Made by a program: the position numbers and the translations under genes
Part shown: in pieces, positions 25,523 through 38,426 of the stretch
How the letters are laid out: the number at the start of each line of letters is the position of its first letter
Numbering within the stretch: position 1 is the first letter of the stretch
Source: Heptranchias perlo
Lineage: Eukaryota
Reading direction: 5' to 3'
NCBI RefSeq assembly: GCF_035084215.1
Contig: NC_090332.1
Location: 27,280,001 to 27,344,000, forward strand
Length of the DNA: 64,000 bases
Notes under the pieces: model-generated
Databases searched by the model: none
Seen by the model: only the letters and a program-made list of their open reading frames with translations
What the model was told of the DNA's origin: nothing

Positions 25523-25861
25523 AGCACATGAAATTGGAGGCAACCTATTGGCTTGCCATCCACACCTGTCTCCGAACCTGGACATCAGTTCGTCGATGCT
25601 CCAACCTGACTCCACCCTATCTATGTCAACTCTATCCCACCACGGGTCCCCTGACTTTAACTTTGGAGTCCCTCCTATTGTCTCCTCTCTATTCCCTGTT
25701 TATTACTAGGACCTATCTATCCCAATCTTGCTATGTAACCACGCCTATGTAACTTGAGTTTCCGAGTCCATTCGCATGCATGTTTTGGCTACCGCTTCGG
25801 ACCTGAGACCATTACTTCTATTTCACTTTTTCTCTTTACCCCTCCAAGACCCCTCTCTCCT
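25523..25861 (+). repeat. Inverted copy of 24191-24529 (5' region of the L2-type element)
   Basis: Parallel ORF-track translations 24300-24524(-) and 25528-25752(+) are near-identical. Confidence 0.9.
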
Positions 25862-26097
25862 CCCACCTGGTGCTCGGCCTCCGGTCCATGCTTTTAGTGA
25901 ACAGTGGCGAGGGCAGTTGGTGACCTACCATGCGCATGCCAAGGCCCAACACACCCTGGGCCTGAATGCGCATGTGCTAGTCCTTAGCAGTAGTCATGGC
26001 ATAAATTGTTTGGAGACATCTGCATCTCCATGGAGGGGAAGGTATCTAGCCTAACTGGATTACCTCCATGTCTTTGAAATGCTAATGAATGCAAAGG

Positions 26098-26450
26098 AAA
26101 GAACAAACTTGCAATTATATAGTACATTTCATGTCCTCAGGAAGTTCCAAAGCACTTCACAGCCAATTAATTACTGTTGAAGTGTAATTATGATTATGTT
26201 GACAAATACAGAAGCCAAATTGTGCACAGCAAGGTCTTACGAACAACTGTGAGGCAGTTTACCAGTTAATCTGTTTTGGTGCTGTTGGATGAGGGATAAA
26301 CGTTGGCCAGGACACTAGGAGAACACCCCTATTCCTCTTCGAATACTGCCATGGGATCTTTCACGTCCCCTGAACAGGCAGATGGGTTTAACATCCCCTC
26401 TGAAAGATGACACCTCCAACAATAAAGAACTCCCTTAGTACTGTACTGAA
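26098..26450 (-). mobile_element. DeuSINE-like SINE, partial
   Basis: Aligns by eye to 9226-9550. Confidence 0.7.
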
Positions 26451-27539
26451 TTGGGAGAGCAGAAAAAATGTTGATTGCTGCACCATGAGAGGAGTTGCCA
26501 CCCATTGATATTCCAGGGCAGGAATCAAGAACAGACATCTTAACATACAGCCAATTGATTGCTTCACACCCTATCTTCTTGAATGGTAAAACTGGCACAG
26601 GGCTGAATGGCCTCCTTCTGTGCTGTAAGATTCTATGAACTGATTAATAACATGATTGCCTTCCTAGTGACAAAAAGCTTCTTTGATCTTCTGTATTGTC
26701 ATCAGCCTTGGAATCCCAAAAGAGTTGTATATTGGGTGTGAGTTTTCTTGTATCTTCACTTTCCCGTTTGCCTGCCTTTTCTATGTTGTGGCAATAGGAG
26801 GGGCACCAAGATACTAAATGAGGATCATCAAATAGTCAGTTAAACTGCTAGGGTTTGGGACTCTTACTATTTTGTTTTGATGTAGTTTAAGCATTATGCG
26901 AGTCAAAATATTGTACTGCGGGTTACTTGCTGTTTCATTTGCTTCTGTATAATCGTCCTCCTTGTAAATCATTTGGACTATTAGTTACAATCTGATAGTG
27001 CAGCATTGGTGTTTTCTGCTTTTCTCAGTGGACAGGTGCACGCGGTGGACAACCAACGTGCAGCTCTAGTGCTTCACACTGTGATAAAAGGGCAAGTGTT
27101 CGTCCTGCACCACGCTATCCCATTCACAACACATATACACCGAGAATTTCCTCGGTTCTGTAACTTCATTGGCCATAAGGTTGCAAGTTGCTGATCATAA
27201 GAGATACTGGTCTGCCATTTTGCTCTGAATTTGAGTAACTGTTGAGAGGGGGTCTACTTCAAGTTAAGCCAAGACAAAAACAAGGGAAACTGGGCTATAC
27301 ATTCGTAAAAAGTCAATTTAGTCTAATGTGTGGAAGAATTTCTTCCCACAGAGACTTCAACACCTGGAATGTTCTCTGGGTCGGGCAGTAGAAGCACATC
27401 CCATAGTCAAAATACAGTTGGATATGATGAAGCCATTGTAATTTGTTTTATAATGGATGGATAGGGTAAGAGACGAATAACCGTCCACAGCTGTGTGCTT
27501 CTGCAATTACTATCCGCCATCACATCTTCCTCTGGCTGA

Positions 27540-27609
27540 CGATACACCAGCGACCCGGAAGCAGTGCTGTTGTCCCGGAAGTTGCCGGCGGCGGTGCCCA
27601 GCTGCCAAG
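27540..27609 (+). promoter_or_regulatory. MRPS10 proximal promoter / 5' UTR
   Basis: CpG-rich; tandem CCGGAAG (ETS/GABP) sites near 27556 and 27576; CAAGATGG (YY1-like) overlapping the ATG. Confidence 0.7.
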
Positions 27610-27669
27610 ATGGTGACGATACCGAGGGGTTTGTGTAATGTCTTCAGCCGGCTGCTCCGGCAGCACCAG
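27610..27669 (+). CDS. MRPS10: MRPS10 coding exon 1 (mitochondrial presequence-like)
   Basis: GCCAAG-ATG-G context; MVTIPRGLCNVFSRLLRQHQ|gtaacg; Arg-rich with no acidic residues; phase 0. Confidence 0.75.
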
Positions 27670-27829
27670 GTAACGCTCCACCGCCCTTTGCTGCTTTTAC
27701 TACCCGGGGTCTGTGCAGCGTTTATATTTTAGCGCCACTTGCATGATGTCTCGTTACCCGGGCAGTTGTCATTCTCGCATAGCTTTAAACCCCCCCCCCC
27801 CCCCAACCACCAAATTAGAGACGGACCCC

Positions 27830-28166
27830 TGAGAGGATAGAGAGAAACTATTTCCGCTGGTTGGGGATTCTAGGAGTAGGGGGCACAGTCTAAAAATTAG
27901 AGCCAGATCTTTCAGGAGTGAGATTAAAAAACATTTCTATACACAAAGGGTTGTAGAAGTTTGGAACTCTCTTCCGCAAAGGCAATTGATGCTAGTTCAA
28001 TTGCTAAATTTAAATCTGAGATAGATAGCTTTTTGGCAACCAAAGGTATTAAGGGATATGGGCCAAAGGCAGGTATATGGAGTTAGATCACAGATCAGCC
28101 ATGATCTTATCAAATGGCAGAGCAGGCATGAGGGGCTGAATGGCCTGCTCCTGTTCCTATGTTCCT
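27830..28166 (+). mobile_element. CR1-type LINE 3' fragment in MRPS10 intron 1
   Basis: Typical 3' end with (GTTCCTAT)n tail; AGACGGACCCC on both flanks (27819-27829, 28167-28177). Confidence 0.8.
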
Positions 28167-28254
28167 AGACGGACCCCCGGGACCCATCCCTGAGAGAGAC
28201 GGACCTCCGGGACCCGTCCCTGAGAGTTAACCCCCCAATCCGCTGAGAGTTGGA

Positions 28255-29430
28255 TAGAAATTACAGCACTGAAACAGTCTGTGTTGGTGTTTATCTTCCA
28301 CAGGAGCAGCAAAATCCCATGTGCCCATTCTGTTTCCAGATCCCTTTATTCTCCTTTTCCATCCACAATATCTAACCTATATTTAAATGTTGACATGGTC
28401 GCTGCTTCAAACAGTAACCCTGGCAGTTAATTTCACAGCCTCACCACCCTCTGTATAAAAATGTTTCTCCTGCTCTCTTACTACAGGTCCTAAATCTCTT
28501 TCTTTTAATCTTATATCTATGTTTCATCATTCTACACCCCTCAATCATTGGAAACAGTTTGTTTCTATCTAGTCTGCCCCATCGCTTCATAATTTTACAC
28601 CTCTTAAATCACCATAATCGACTCAGCTCTACTGAAAACCGCCCCAATTTTTTCAAGTCTCTCCTCATATCAGGCAATATCCTAGTGAACTTGTGGTGTA
28701 CCGTAGCCTCAATATCCTTCCTATAATGTAGAGCCCAAAACTGCACGAAGTACTCCCAACTGTGGTCTTACTAAGGTTTTCTTTAGATTCACCGTTATAT
28801 CTCAATTTTTGTATTCTATACCTCTTGCCATAAAATCCAATTTTCCATCAGCTTTTTTTATGGCTGTACCCACTGGGAGTGCTACTTTTAATATCTTCCA
28901 TAATCACCCAGCTTCTGCCCCCAAAGTCTAATTATTACTTTGATTTTTTTAAAACCAAAACCTCACCCTCTGCTAGTGTTTTGCCCATTCCACCATCATC
29001 TCAATATCCCCTTGCAGCTTAATTTCGTCCTCAGAATTATTTACTATGCCTCCTATTTTAGTATGATCTGCAAATTTGGATACCATTCCCTCAAACCCTG
29101 CATCCAAATCGTTCATTTACACAGTGAACAGAAGCAGTGTCAGAACAGAACTCTATGGGACACCGCTACCCACTTCCAAATACCCTTGAGAAACTGCCAT
29201 TTCCTTCCTTCTAACCAATTTAATCCAATTTGCTACCATCCCCCTAGTTCCATACCCCTTAATCTTCTCCAAAAGTCTCTGTAGTAGCTTGTCAAAAGCT
29301 TTCTGAAAGTTCACGTACATCACATCCACTGCATTTCCACTATCCATCGTATTTGTCACCTCGTCAAAGAACTCCATCAGGTTTGTCAAACACAACCTTT
29401 CTTTATGAAATACTTGTTGGCTGCTTCTAA
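28255..29430 (-). mobile_element. Decayed CR1-type RT fragment
   Basis: CLTNLMEFFDEVT...NFQKAFDKL (29153-29395). Confidence 0.8.
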
Positions 29431-29689
29431 TTATTTTCTCTTCATCATGCCCTGGACCACACGTTAAAGACCAACTCCCTGAACCCCATGTGAATGCTTA
29501 ATACCTCAGACTGTGTGAAAGATCAACCCCAGACCCTGTGTCAAAAGATCTATTCCCAAACTGTGTAAAAGATCAATCCCTGTACCCCATGTGAGAGATC
29601 AATCCCCAGACCACATGTGAAAGATCATCCCCTTCACTCTTCATTTCTCAGTGTAGGGACAGGTAGGGGTGCTGAGCATTATCTTTTTC

Positions 29690-30260
29690 ATTTTAAATAC
29701 AGCGATTTTGGAACCTAGACACACTGCTCAATCCCAAGCTGAGCTTACTTCTCCACATCCAAATCTCTTAAGTCTGTTTTCTTCCACCTCCAAAACATTG
29801 CTCCCTCCACCTCTACCTCTTCCAAAACCCTATATCGATGCCATTATCATCCGGAGGCTTGACTTGTCCAATGTGCTTCTTGCTGGACTCCCAAACTGTA
29901 ACCTGTATAAAAAGGTGCAAGTCATTCAGAACACAGAGTCTTCTCTTGCATGAAATGCTGCGCTCCCATCACCTCTATCCTTACCGAGCTCCTCTGGTTC
30001 CTGTGACCTATCACATGCATTTAAAGATCCTTATAATCCTCATTTTGAAATCCCTCTTTTGCCTTGTCCCACAGCAGTCTTTCCCAGTGTTACTCCTTTC
30101 CTATACCATATTACTCCTTGCCCTCCACTCCCTTCCATCATCAGCAGCTGGCCCTCCAACCACCATAATCTTGCCCTCTGGAAATCTCTCCACCTTACTA
30201 CTTCCCCCATTGCTTTCAAAAGTCTTCTTAAAAACCCTGGTTTTCGATAATGTTGGTGGC
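29690..30260 (+). mobile_element. Old L2 3' fragment
   Basis: RLDLSNVLLAGLP...VQVIQN motif. Confidence 0.7.
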
Positions 30261-30544
30261 CCCTGAAACTTTTTCTGTCTTCCTTTTATACTCTCAAAGA
30301 TGTCTTTCTGTCTAGGAATGCAAATTGTTTAAAAGATATTCCATTTGTTGTAACTTAATCTCTGTAGAGTGTCTTTATCAGGAGGAGGTTATGTTACATT
30401 CCTGGAAGTGCTGTAGCTTAATCAAAGTTCAGTATGCCGAAAGAAAGATATGTGGGATCTCCATGTTAGCTCTGTTTTCTTTTGACTAGTAAAGATACAC
30501 GTGCATGAATGACTTAAAAAAAAATCATACTGTTTGACTTTCAG

Positions 30545-30603
30545 GTTAATCGAGTGTCACCTTTGAATTATGCCAGCAACAATATGATAACAGCATGTCT
30601 TTG
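30545..30603 (+). CDS. MRPS10: MRPS10 coding exon 2
   Basis: gactttcag| acceptor and TG|gtaagt donor; 59 nt, phase 0-2; VNRVSPLNYASNNMITACL; called on splice signals and phase because this region is poorly conserved. Confidence 0.65.
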
Positions 30604-31644
30604 GTAAGTTCAAAGATATTAGGTGACTTCAGATTAAGTATATTCCTATCAATATTCCTTTCAAAAATAAGCAGAGACAAAGAATTTTTACGGTGCATTT
30701 ACATAACAACTGTAATATTGGTGCAAAGTGGTGTGTAATTGTAGCCCAAATCTCAACTCAGAACCTGAACTGGAGGAGGGATTCTCAATGTGCATTGTTC
30801 TGGAGACGCCTGCACACCCTCACCAACATCGAACTTGTAGTGTAAATACACTACAAGTCTAAGTTAACTTTCTAATCTTAAGTTTTTTTTTGCTGAATAT
30901 GTTTGTATACAGAGTATTGGTGACATCATGACAACTCATTTGGAGGAATCTCTGTGCCGAGTGTGATGAAACTTAATTAAATGCAAAAAATAACATTTTC
31001 AGATATGTCTTGTGTTAATCATATTTCAGCTGATTGTAGTTCAGCTCCCTTACACCTTCAGGCATAGTCAAACAAATCAACAGAAATAAAATACGTTGTG
31101 CAATTGATTTTTAAAGGAGTACTGATGAGGAACGTTCCTTCATTAAATAGTAACACTTTAACTTATATCAGCAGAGTAATTTTAACTCAGCATTCCTAAT
31201 GATACTGGATGCCATTATTGCATATTGGTTTTGCCAGATTCACTCATAGTGTGTGCAATAAGCAGAATCATTTATTTTAATATTTATTCCTTGTAGCCAT
31301 GGTATTGAGATTGCTGGCCCAGTTAAGCTTCTGGTCAATGGTGAACCCTTGAATGTTGATGATGGGGGACACGGCAATGGTGGTGCCTTTGAAGGTCAAG
31401 GGGATGTGGTTGGGCCTTTTCTTGTTCGAGATGGTTATTGCCCAGGACTTGTGGTGTGAATCTTACCTGTGATTTGTCAGGCCAAGCCTGGATATTGTCC
31501 AAGTCCTGCTGCAGGCTGGCTGCGGTTGCTTCATCATTGGAGAAGTTGTGAATGGATGTGCAATGCCACAGAAAATCGACTAGTGTCTTGTGTAAAAGTC
31601 TTTTCTGTCACGTATACAATCACCCTTCTGTCACTCTTAGTCAA

Positions 31645-32560
31645 ACATCAACAACTTACATTTATATAGCGTCTTTAACATAATAAAACGTCCTAAGGAG
31701 CGCAATCAGACAAAAATTGACACCGAGCCAAAGAAGGAGCCATTAGGACAGGTGATCAAAAGCTTGGTCAATGAGGTAGGTTTTAAGGAGCATCTTGAAG
31801 GAGGAGAGGTGGAGAGGCAGAGATATTTAGGGAGGGAATTCCAGCGCTTAGGGCCTAGACGGCTGTAGGCACAGCCGTCAGTGGTGGGGTGAAGGAACAG
31901 GGGGATGCACAAGAGGCCAGAGTTGGAGGAATGCGGAGTTCTCAGAGGGTTGAAGGGCTGGATGAGGTTACAGAGATAGGGAGGGTTGAAGCCATGGAGG
32001 GATTTCAACACGAGCATGAGAATTTTAAAATTGAGGTGTTGGTGGACCGAGATCCAATGTAGGTCAGTGAGCACAGGGGTGATGGGTGAATAGCACGGTG
32101 CAAGTTAGAAATACGGGCAACAGAGTTTTGGATGACCTTAAGTTTATGTAGGGTGGAAGATGGGAGGCCAGCCAGGAGAGCATTGGAATAGTCGAGCCTG
32201 GAGGTAACAAAAGCATGGATGAGAGTTTCAGCAGCAGATGTGCCGTGGCAGGGGTGGAGACAGGCGATATTAGAGGTGGAAGTAGGCAGTCTTGGTGATG
32301 GAGAGAAAATGGGGTTGGAAGCTCCGCTCAGGGTCAAATAGGACACTGAGGTTGGGTACAGTCTGGTTCAGCCTGAGACAGTGGCCAGGGAAAGGGACAG
32401 AATCAGCTGGAGAATGGAGTTTGTGGTGGGGGCCATAGACAATGGCTTCGGTCTTCCCAACGTTTAGAGGAAATTTTAGCTCCTCCAGGACTGGATGTTG
32501 GATAAGCAGTCTGACAACACAGAGGCATTGGAGGGGTCTTGACAGGTGGTGAGGTAGATC
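31645..32560 (-). mobile_element. L2-type LINE 3' portion
   Basis: ETLIHAFVTSRLDYSNALLAGLP, LTDLHWISVHQHLNFKIL; tail AGACGCTATATAAATGTAAGTTG. Confidence 0.88.
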
Positions 32561-33139
32561 TTATCCAAGAGAGAGTTGAGCCTGGGATGGCATCAAGAGA
32601 GTAGGAAGGTCGACAAGTAGTGAATTGCCCAATAATCAAAGCATTATAATCAGCCCAAATGTATTCCAACCTAGGCAAAGTTGTTAAGCAAATTTAGTCT
32701 ATTACACCTAATAGTAGCTGGAGCAGAAAGTTAAAACAAACAAAAAAGAAATGAACAATTGAAGCTAGGTGTTAACTTAGCTTAAACTTTTTAAACGATT
32801 CTTACAATTAGGATAATTCATACTTCCTGTCTTCTGCACTCAGGTTTCTAACGAATGAAATGTTAAAATGTTACATATCAGCCGCACCCCACCCCGCAAC
32901 CAAGAACATGCCATTCCACAATGTGTCCTATTTGCCTGTCAAACTAAGGCCAGGGTTCTCAAGTGCAATCTGACATCAAAGCAAATTAGCTTTTATTTCA
33001 AGATTGCAATTATACAGCCTTAAAGGGATACAGTTTTACATTGTGTTTTACATGGTAAGATGTCCTGTGCTTATAAAACCTCCGACTTACCGCTAGCAGT
33101 GCCACAGGAGATTCACTAATGTATATTCATAAACTCTTG

Positions 33140-33592
33140 CATGTTAGCTTGACACGGTGGCAGCACTCTTATCTCGGAGTCAGAAAGTTGTGGGTTTAAG
33201 TCCCATTCAAGGACTTCAGTACATAGTCTAGTTTGACACTTCAGTGCAGTACTGAAGGAATGCTGCATTGTTGGGAGTGCTGTCTTTTGGATGAGATATT
33301 GGGCACTATCTGCCTGTTCAGGTGGATGTAAAAAGATCCCGTAATACTTCTTTTGAAGTGGAGCAGTGAGTTCTCCTGGTATCTTGGCTAACAATCATCC
33401 CCCAACCAACACTAACAAAAACGGATTAAGTGGTCATTTATCTCACTTGCTGTTCATGGGATCTTGCTGAGTGCCAACTGGGTGCCACATTCGCTACATA
33501 ACAACAATGACTGCACTTCAGAAGTAATTAATTGGCTGTAAAATGCTTATAAATGTCCTGAAACATGAAAGGTGCTATCTAAATGTAAGTCT
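33140..33592 (+). mobile_element. DeuSINE-like SINE
   Basis: Degenerate A/B boxes, Deu-like core and L2-like tail; same family as 9226-9642. Confidence 0.75.
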
Positions 33593-33698
33593 TTAGAAGC
33601 TTTTTAAATATGATTTAGTTTTTGTAAAATTTAGATGCTGTACATACAAAAAATTATGTAATAATTATTTCATATACGTTGTTCCTGTTTAACGGCAG

Positions 33699-33768
33699 CA
33701 AAAGGCCAGTGCTGACACTGTCATCAGGAATCCATTTGGGGTCTCCACACTACGCCACAGCTCCCTTG
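33699..33768 (+). CDS. MRPS10: MRPS10 coding exon 3
   Basis: ggcag| acceptor and TTG|gtaagg donor; 70 nt, phase 2-0, restoring frame between exons 2 and 4; (C)KRPVLTLSSGIHLGSPHYATAPL. Confidence 0.65.
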
Positions 33769-34067
33769 GTAAGGTTTCCTGCCTATTTTAGTGACTGTAT
33801 CGGTGCTATGTTTAGTCTGTCAGGATTTGTGCTGCATATTTTAAGTAGTTAGCTTGCCATGAAATCTAGACATGAATTTCAAGTAGACCAATTTTGCTAA
33901 CTTAATTCTTAAGAGATCAGATTAGAAAATACCCAATTGTTCTTTTCAGGTACTTCATATAGTTAGTTTTTTTTTAGGAACAAAATTATCTGTGCACCTT
34001 TTAGAAAATGTTGAGTTTGTATAAAAATACGAATGATACTTGTAACAATATATCCATGGACACTTGC

Positions 34068-34930
34068 ATACATAGAAATAGGCCTTTCAGCACAACCAGT
34101 CCGTGTCAGTGTTTACCTTCCACGTGAGCAAATAACATTAATTGTATTTACCCACCCTGTTCCCATATCCTTTCAACCCCTTTTCCTTCATCCACCTATC
34201 CATCCTAATCTTGAATGTTAACATAGTTTCTGCCTCAACCACTAACCCTGGATGTGAATTCTACAGAAGTGTCTTCTACCCTCTGTTCTAAATCTTTTAC
34301 ACTTAATTTTGTATCGATGACCCCTCGTTCTTGAACCCTCAACTACTGGAATCAGTCTGCTTCTATCTACCCTGTCCGATCCTTTCATAATTTTAAACGC
34401 CTATTATATCACCATGTAATCTGTTCAAATGAGAAAGGCCCAATATTTATATTTCCTCATACCAGGCAGCATCCTACTGATTCTGCGTTTCTAAAGCCTC
34501 AATATCGTTAGTTTAGTATGGAGACCAATACTGCACACTCTACTCTGATGTCTGATTAAGGTTTTATATAGGCTCATAATTATCTCTTGGCTTTTATATT
34601 CAATACTACTTGAGATAAAATTAGCTATTTTTACAGCCGTATCAATCTGAGGTGTTGCCTTTAATGTCCTGTACCCCCAAGAACCTCTGCTCTTCCACAG
34701 CACCAAGCCCATTTCCTTTCAGAGTATAATTATTGCTGTTATTTTTTTAAAACCTAAATGCATTACCTCAAAATTACTGACATTGAATTCCAGCTGCCAC
34801 TTTATAACCCGTTGCCCCATCTTATCAATATTCCTTTGCAGTTTCCTTTTGTCTTCTAAAGAATTGGTAACATCTACAAATTTTGTCACCACTCCCTCTC
34901 GACCTGTATCCAAATCATTTATGTGAACGG
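34068..34930 (-). mobile_element. Old CR1-type fragment
   Basis: KWQLEFNVSNFEVMHLG and IEYKSQEIIMSLYKTLIR motifs. Confidence 0.75.
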
Positions 34931-35577
34931 AAGTAGGTTATCTTAAGGGGTAGAATCACTTCTAAGAACAGAAAATCCTCAGTAGTTTACTGGAAATCTT
35001 ATTAAAAAAACAGTGTGTGCAATCAGGTTGGCAGATGTAGAAGTAAGAAATCTTTATTTGTAGACTCTTCACAATATTCCGTCAACATTTCAAAATTTGT
35101 ATTTAACTTAAAGAAACTAGTTTGAATGACATTTCTGCTTAGAATAACATGCAGTTGTATTAAATAAGACGTGCACATTTGGAAAAAGTTGGTTGAATCA
35201 TTTATCCTGATATTCCCTTTATACTGGGATGCAGATCAACAGACAGCAGTCTTTCCGCTACCACATGTGGCCATTTTGACACATGACGTTGGATAGTGAG
35301 CTAATTGACTATATCGTCTATCACAGCAGAACCCAATCCTTTTCTCATGAACCATCTATATAATGCAGTCTTAACAATTGTTGCTAGATGGTGATCAGAA
35401 TCATGTATGCTGGCTGATTTGTTCCCCCACCATCCTAGCCAAGGCTAAGTGTTGCACCCAAATACCACGCTTGCTGAAATTGGTGATGTAGTATAGAACA
35501 GGGATCAGACCTGGGAGTCTTGTGATCTGCATGGCCAAGTACCTAGTTATGCAGCGCATTTACCCTATTCCCTTTGA

Positions 35578-35985
35578 AGTGTCAGCTTGGCTTAGAAGGG
35601 TGTGAGTTTAAGCCCCACTGCAGGACATCACATAACTCAAGGTGATACTTCACTGCAGTTCTGAAGGAGTCCTGCATTGTTACACTTGCCATCTTAAACT
35701 GAGGCCCTGACTGTCTGTTTCAGGTGGCTATAAAGAACTCATAACATTTTTTTTGAAGAAGAGCAGAGAGTTCTTCTGGTGTCCTAAGCAAAATTCATCT
35801 CTCAGCCAACACCACCAAAGCCGATTAACTTTTTTAGTTGTTGGAATCCTGCTTTGTGCAAATTGGCTGCTGCATTTGCCTGAAAGCAACAGTGATTACG
35901 CTTCAAAAGTAATTCATTGACTGTGAAGCACTTTGAAACATCCTGAGGACGAGAAAGGTGCTATATAAATGTGAATTCTTTCTTC
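35578..35985 (+). mobile_element. DeuSINE-like SINE
   Basis: Same family core and tail as the other copies. Confidence 0.7.
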
Positions 35986-36204
35986 TAAGTCATTAGGTGG
36001 GGAGGCTGGTTAAAACATTTTCTAGTTCATTTTTATTTGCTTTACTGTTTACTGTTAACTGTTAAGGTGCAAATTTAAATCTGTCAAGTTTTGGAATATT
36101 TGGCTGCTTTGGGACTTTTGAGTCATTTCATTTTAAAGAGGATATCTCCATCTCTGCAATAAGTTCTTTTGTCTGTCGTGCTTTATGATTTTATGTTAAT
36201 GCAG

Positions 36205-36344
36205 ATAACAGTAACAGATGAGCCTGATGCACTTTACAAGAAGATCTCTGTGTTGGTGAAGGGTCATGATAAAACTGTACTGGATAGCTACGAATATTTT
36301 GCCACACTTGCTGCTAAAGAGCTGAATATCACTGTTGATAAAGT
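36205..36344 (+). CDS. MRPS10: MRPS10 coding exon 4
   Basis: aatgcag| acceptor and GT|gtaagt donor; 140 nt; [42 protein letters not shown] is the start of the uS10m domain. Confidence 0.95.
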
Positions 36345-37179
36345 GTAAGTACTTAATTGCTCTTATAAGCAGCTCCCTTGCATCTTTTTGGATTTAATAT
36401 GCCAAGTGGATTCTTTTCAAATACCCTCTAAATTTTAAATTTTCCTTGTTATTTTCTTCCATTCCCCCCCACCATTACCTGTACTATGACAGTGTCGGCA
36501 CTGATGAATTGGCTGCCAAGTGCAATGCAGGTTAACTTCCTGTTCAATTTTTATTTTCCTGCCTTCTAAGAAAATCTTCTAGGAAAATTCTCCAATGTTG
36601 AGACTTGGTATATATTTACCTCAACATTACCACTTTACATTTGTGATCCTTTCATTCAAATGCACTACAGTGATACAGGCAAAAGAAATCCCATGTATTC
36701 AACTGCTCCACAGTATCAATGGCACTGTTGTGTCTGAAGACAGACTTCCATTGCCATGTCCCCACTAGTATACTGTACATAAATTATAGCAATGAAGAAA
36801 TAACTTTAAATTTTTTGGTCTATTCATGTTTTCATTCTCACAGCAAAGCCAAATCCCTGCTAGTATTACTGCTGCTACTTCTCTTCCTCACAAATTATGT
36901 TAATTACTTTTTCTTTGTGATTTTTGTGTTCAAAAGATGCTAGTACTAGGAATGGAACAATTTTCAGCCACCCCGTTTCAGCATAAAGTACTCACATGTC
37001 AGTTAGTTGCAGAGTAAAACTCTGCCTCAAAGTTTACACCTCAGAGGAAACACCCCCATTGCACCAGTGTTACATTTTCCATTTCCCACCGCAGTCATCC
37101 TGTCATCTGTCTAAGTGAGATTTCCAATTAGTACCATTGTTGGGGCAATGCACACTAGTAACCGGATCTAGACTGTCCA

Positions 37180-37460
37180 AGCTACTCCAATTCTGGCCTC
37201 TTGTGCATCCCCAACTTCCTTCGCCCCACCAGTGGCAGCCGTGCCTTCTGCTGTCTAGGCCCTAATCTCTGGAATTCTCTCCCTAAACCTCTCCATCTCT
37301 CTCCTCCTTTTAACCTACCTCTTTGACTAAGCTTTTGGTCTCCTGTCCTAATATCTCCTCCTTTCCCAGTGTCAATTTTTTTTGTCTGATTACGCTCCTG
37401 TGAAGCACTTTGGGATGTTTTACTACATTAAAAGGCACTATATAAATGCAAGTTGTTGAT
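37180..37460 (+). mobile_element. L2 3' end fragment
   Basis: Reverse-complement match to 31645-31940, including the tail. Confidence 0.75.
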
Positions 37461-38317
37461 ATAAGATTCTTACACCCCATCAATCTGGACCTGATTGAAA
37501 TCTAGATCTCAGAGGGGAAGGCAGATTGTAACTCACTGTACCACTCACTACTGTATTATGCAAAATATCTTTACCCCTGTAAATCAAAAATATCCATGAA
37601 TTTTTATTCCACATACCATTAGGAATGAGCCCCTGGACCATGGACTCTTGGGGATTTCTAAACAGGAACTTGCTAAATGGCTTGTTGGCCATGTTTGGTG
37701 CCTCCTCACCGTTATGCAGCTCCAAGTGAGGATGAAGCCATATTGTAGCATCAAATGTCACAATAATCATAAACTATATTCATAAGAGATCCATCTCAAA
37801 AGGGATAGAATGAGTTAGGTGTTGCATGGAATGTAGGTAACATTTTCAATCTGAGAAATAGGTAGGTTATTTCCCTTTACTTTTAGTGTCACCCAGATTT
37901 TACACTAGCCCAGTCAACCTGTGATGGAAAAAATTATTCAGCTACCTATTATGGGGGAGAATTTCTGTGGGCTTCGCTAAATCTCACGAAACTTTGGCAG
38001 CTGATCGGTGAAAACCCTGAAGAAGTGGCATAAGTGGCCATTTTTAGCCATTTATGGCTAAAAATGGCCACTTCATGGGTTACACTTCATGGGCACATCT
38101 GTTTTGTCTGCTTTGTCCTATGCTTATACTTTTTATAGTTTTCCCACAGTCTCTCCTATAGAACATATCATTGCAGCAACACTGAAAACAGTCGTTTTGA
38201 TATTTATATGCAGCTGGGACATTGCATTTGTAAAGTCAATAAAAGTAAAATTGATGTCCTGTGGTTTAAAATAACATTTTTGTGAAGTTAATTTGTATTG
38301 TTTTCTTTCTTTTTAAG

Positions 38318-38426
38318 GTATGAACCGGCAAAGAAAATTGATAGAATGACACTTCTCAAATCTATTCACATTTTCAAGAAGCATAGAGTTCAGTATGAGA
38401 TGAGAACTCACTACAGATGTATAGAG
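38318..38426 (+). CDS. MRPS10: MRPS10 coding exon 5 (ends at a GC donor)
   Basis: tttttaag| acceptor; [36 protein letters not shown]|gcaagt; 109 nt, phase 2-0. Confidence 0.93.

Noticed and set aside
27066-27176. 36-codon minus-strand ORF (MANEVTEPRKF...) divergent from MRPS10
   Set aside because: Short, with no recognisable homology or supporting splice structure
29480-29630. Degenerate ~24-bp repeats (GATCAA.CCC.GACC..GTG.GAAA)
   Set aside because: Ordinary decayed minisatellite with no further structure
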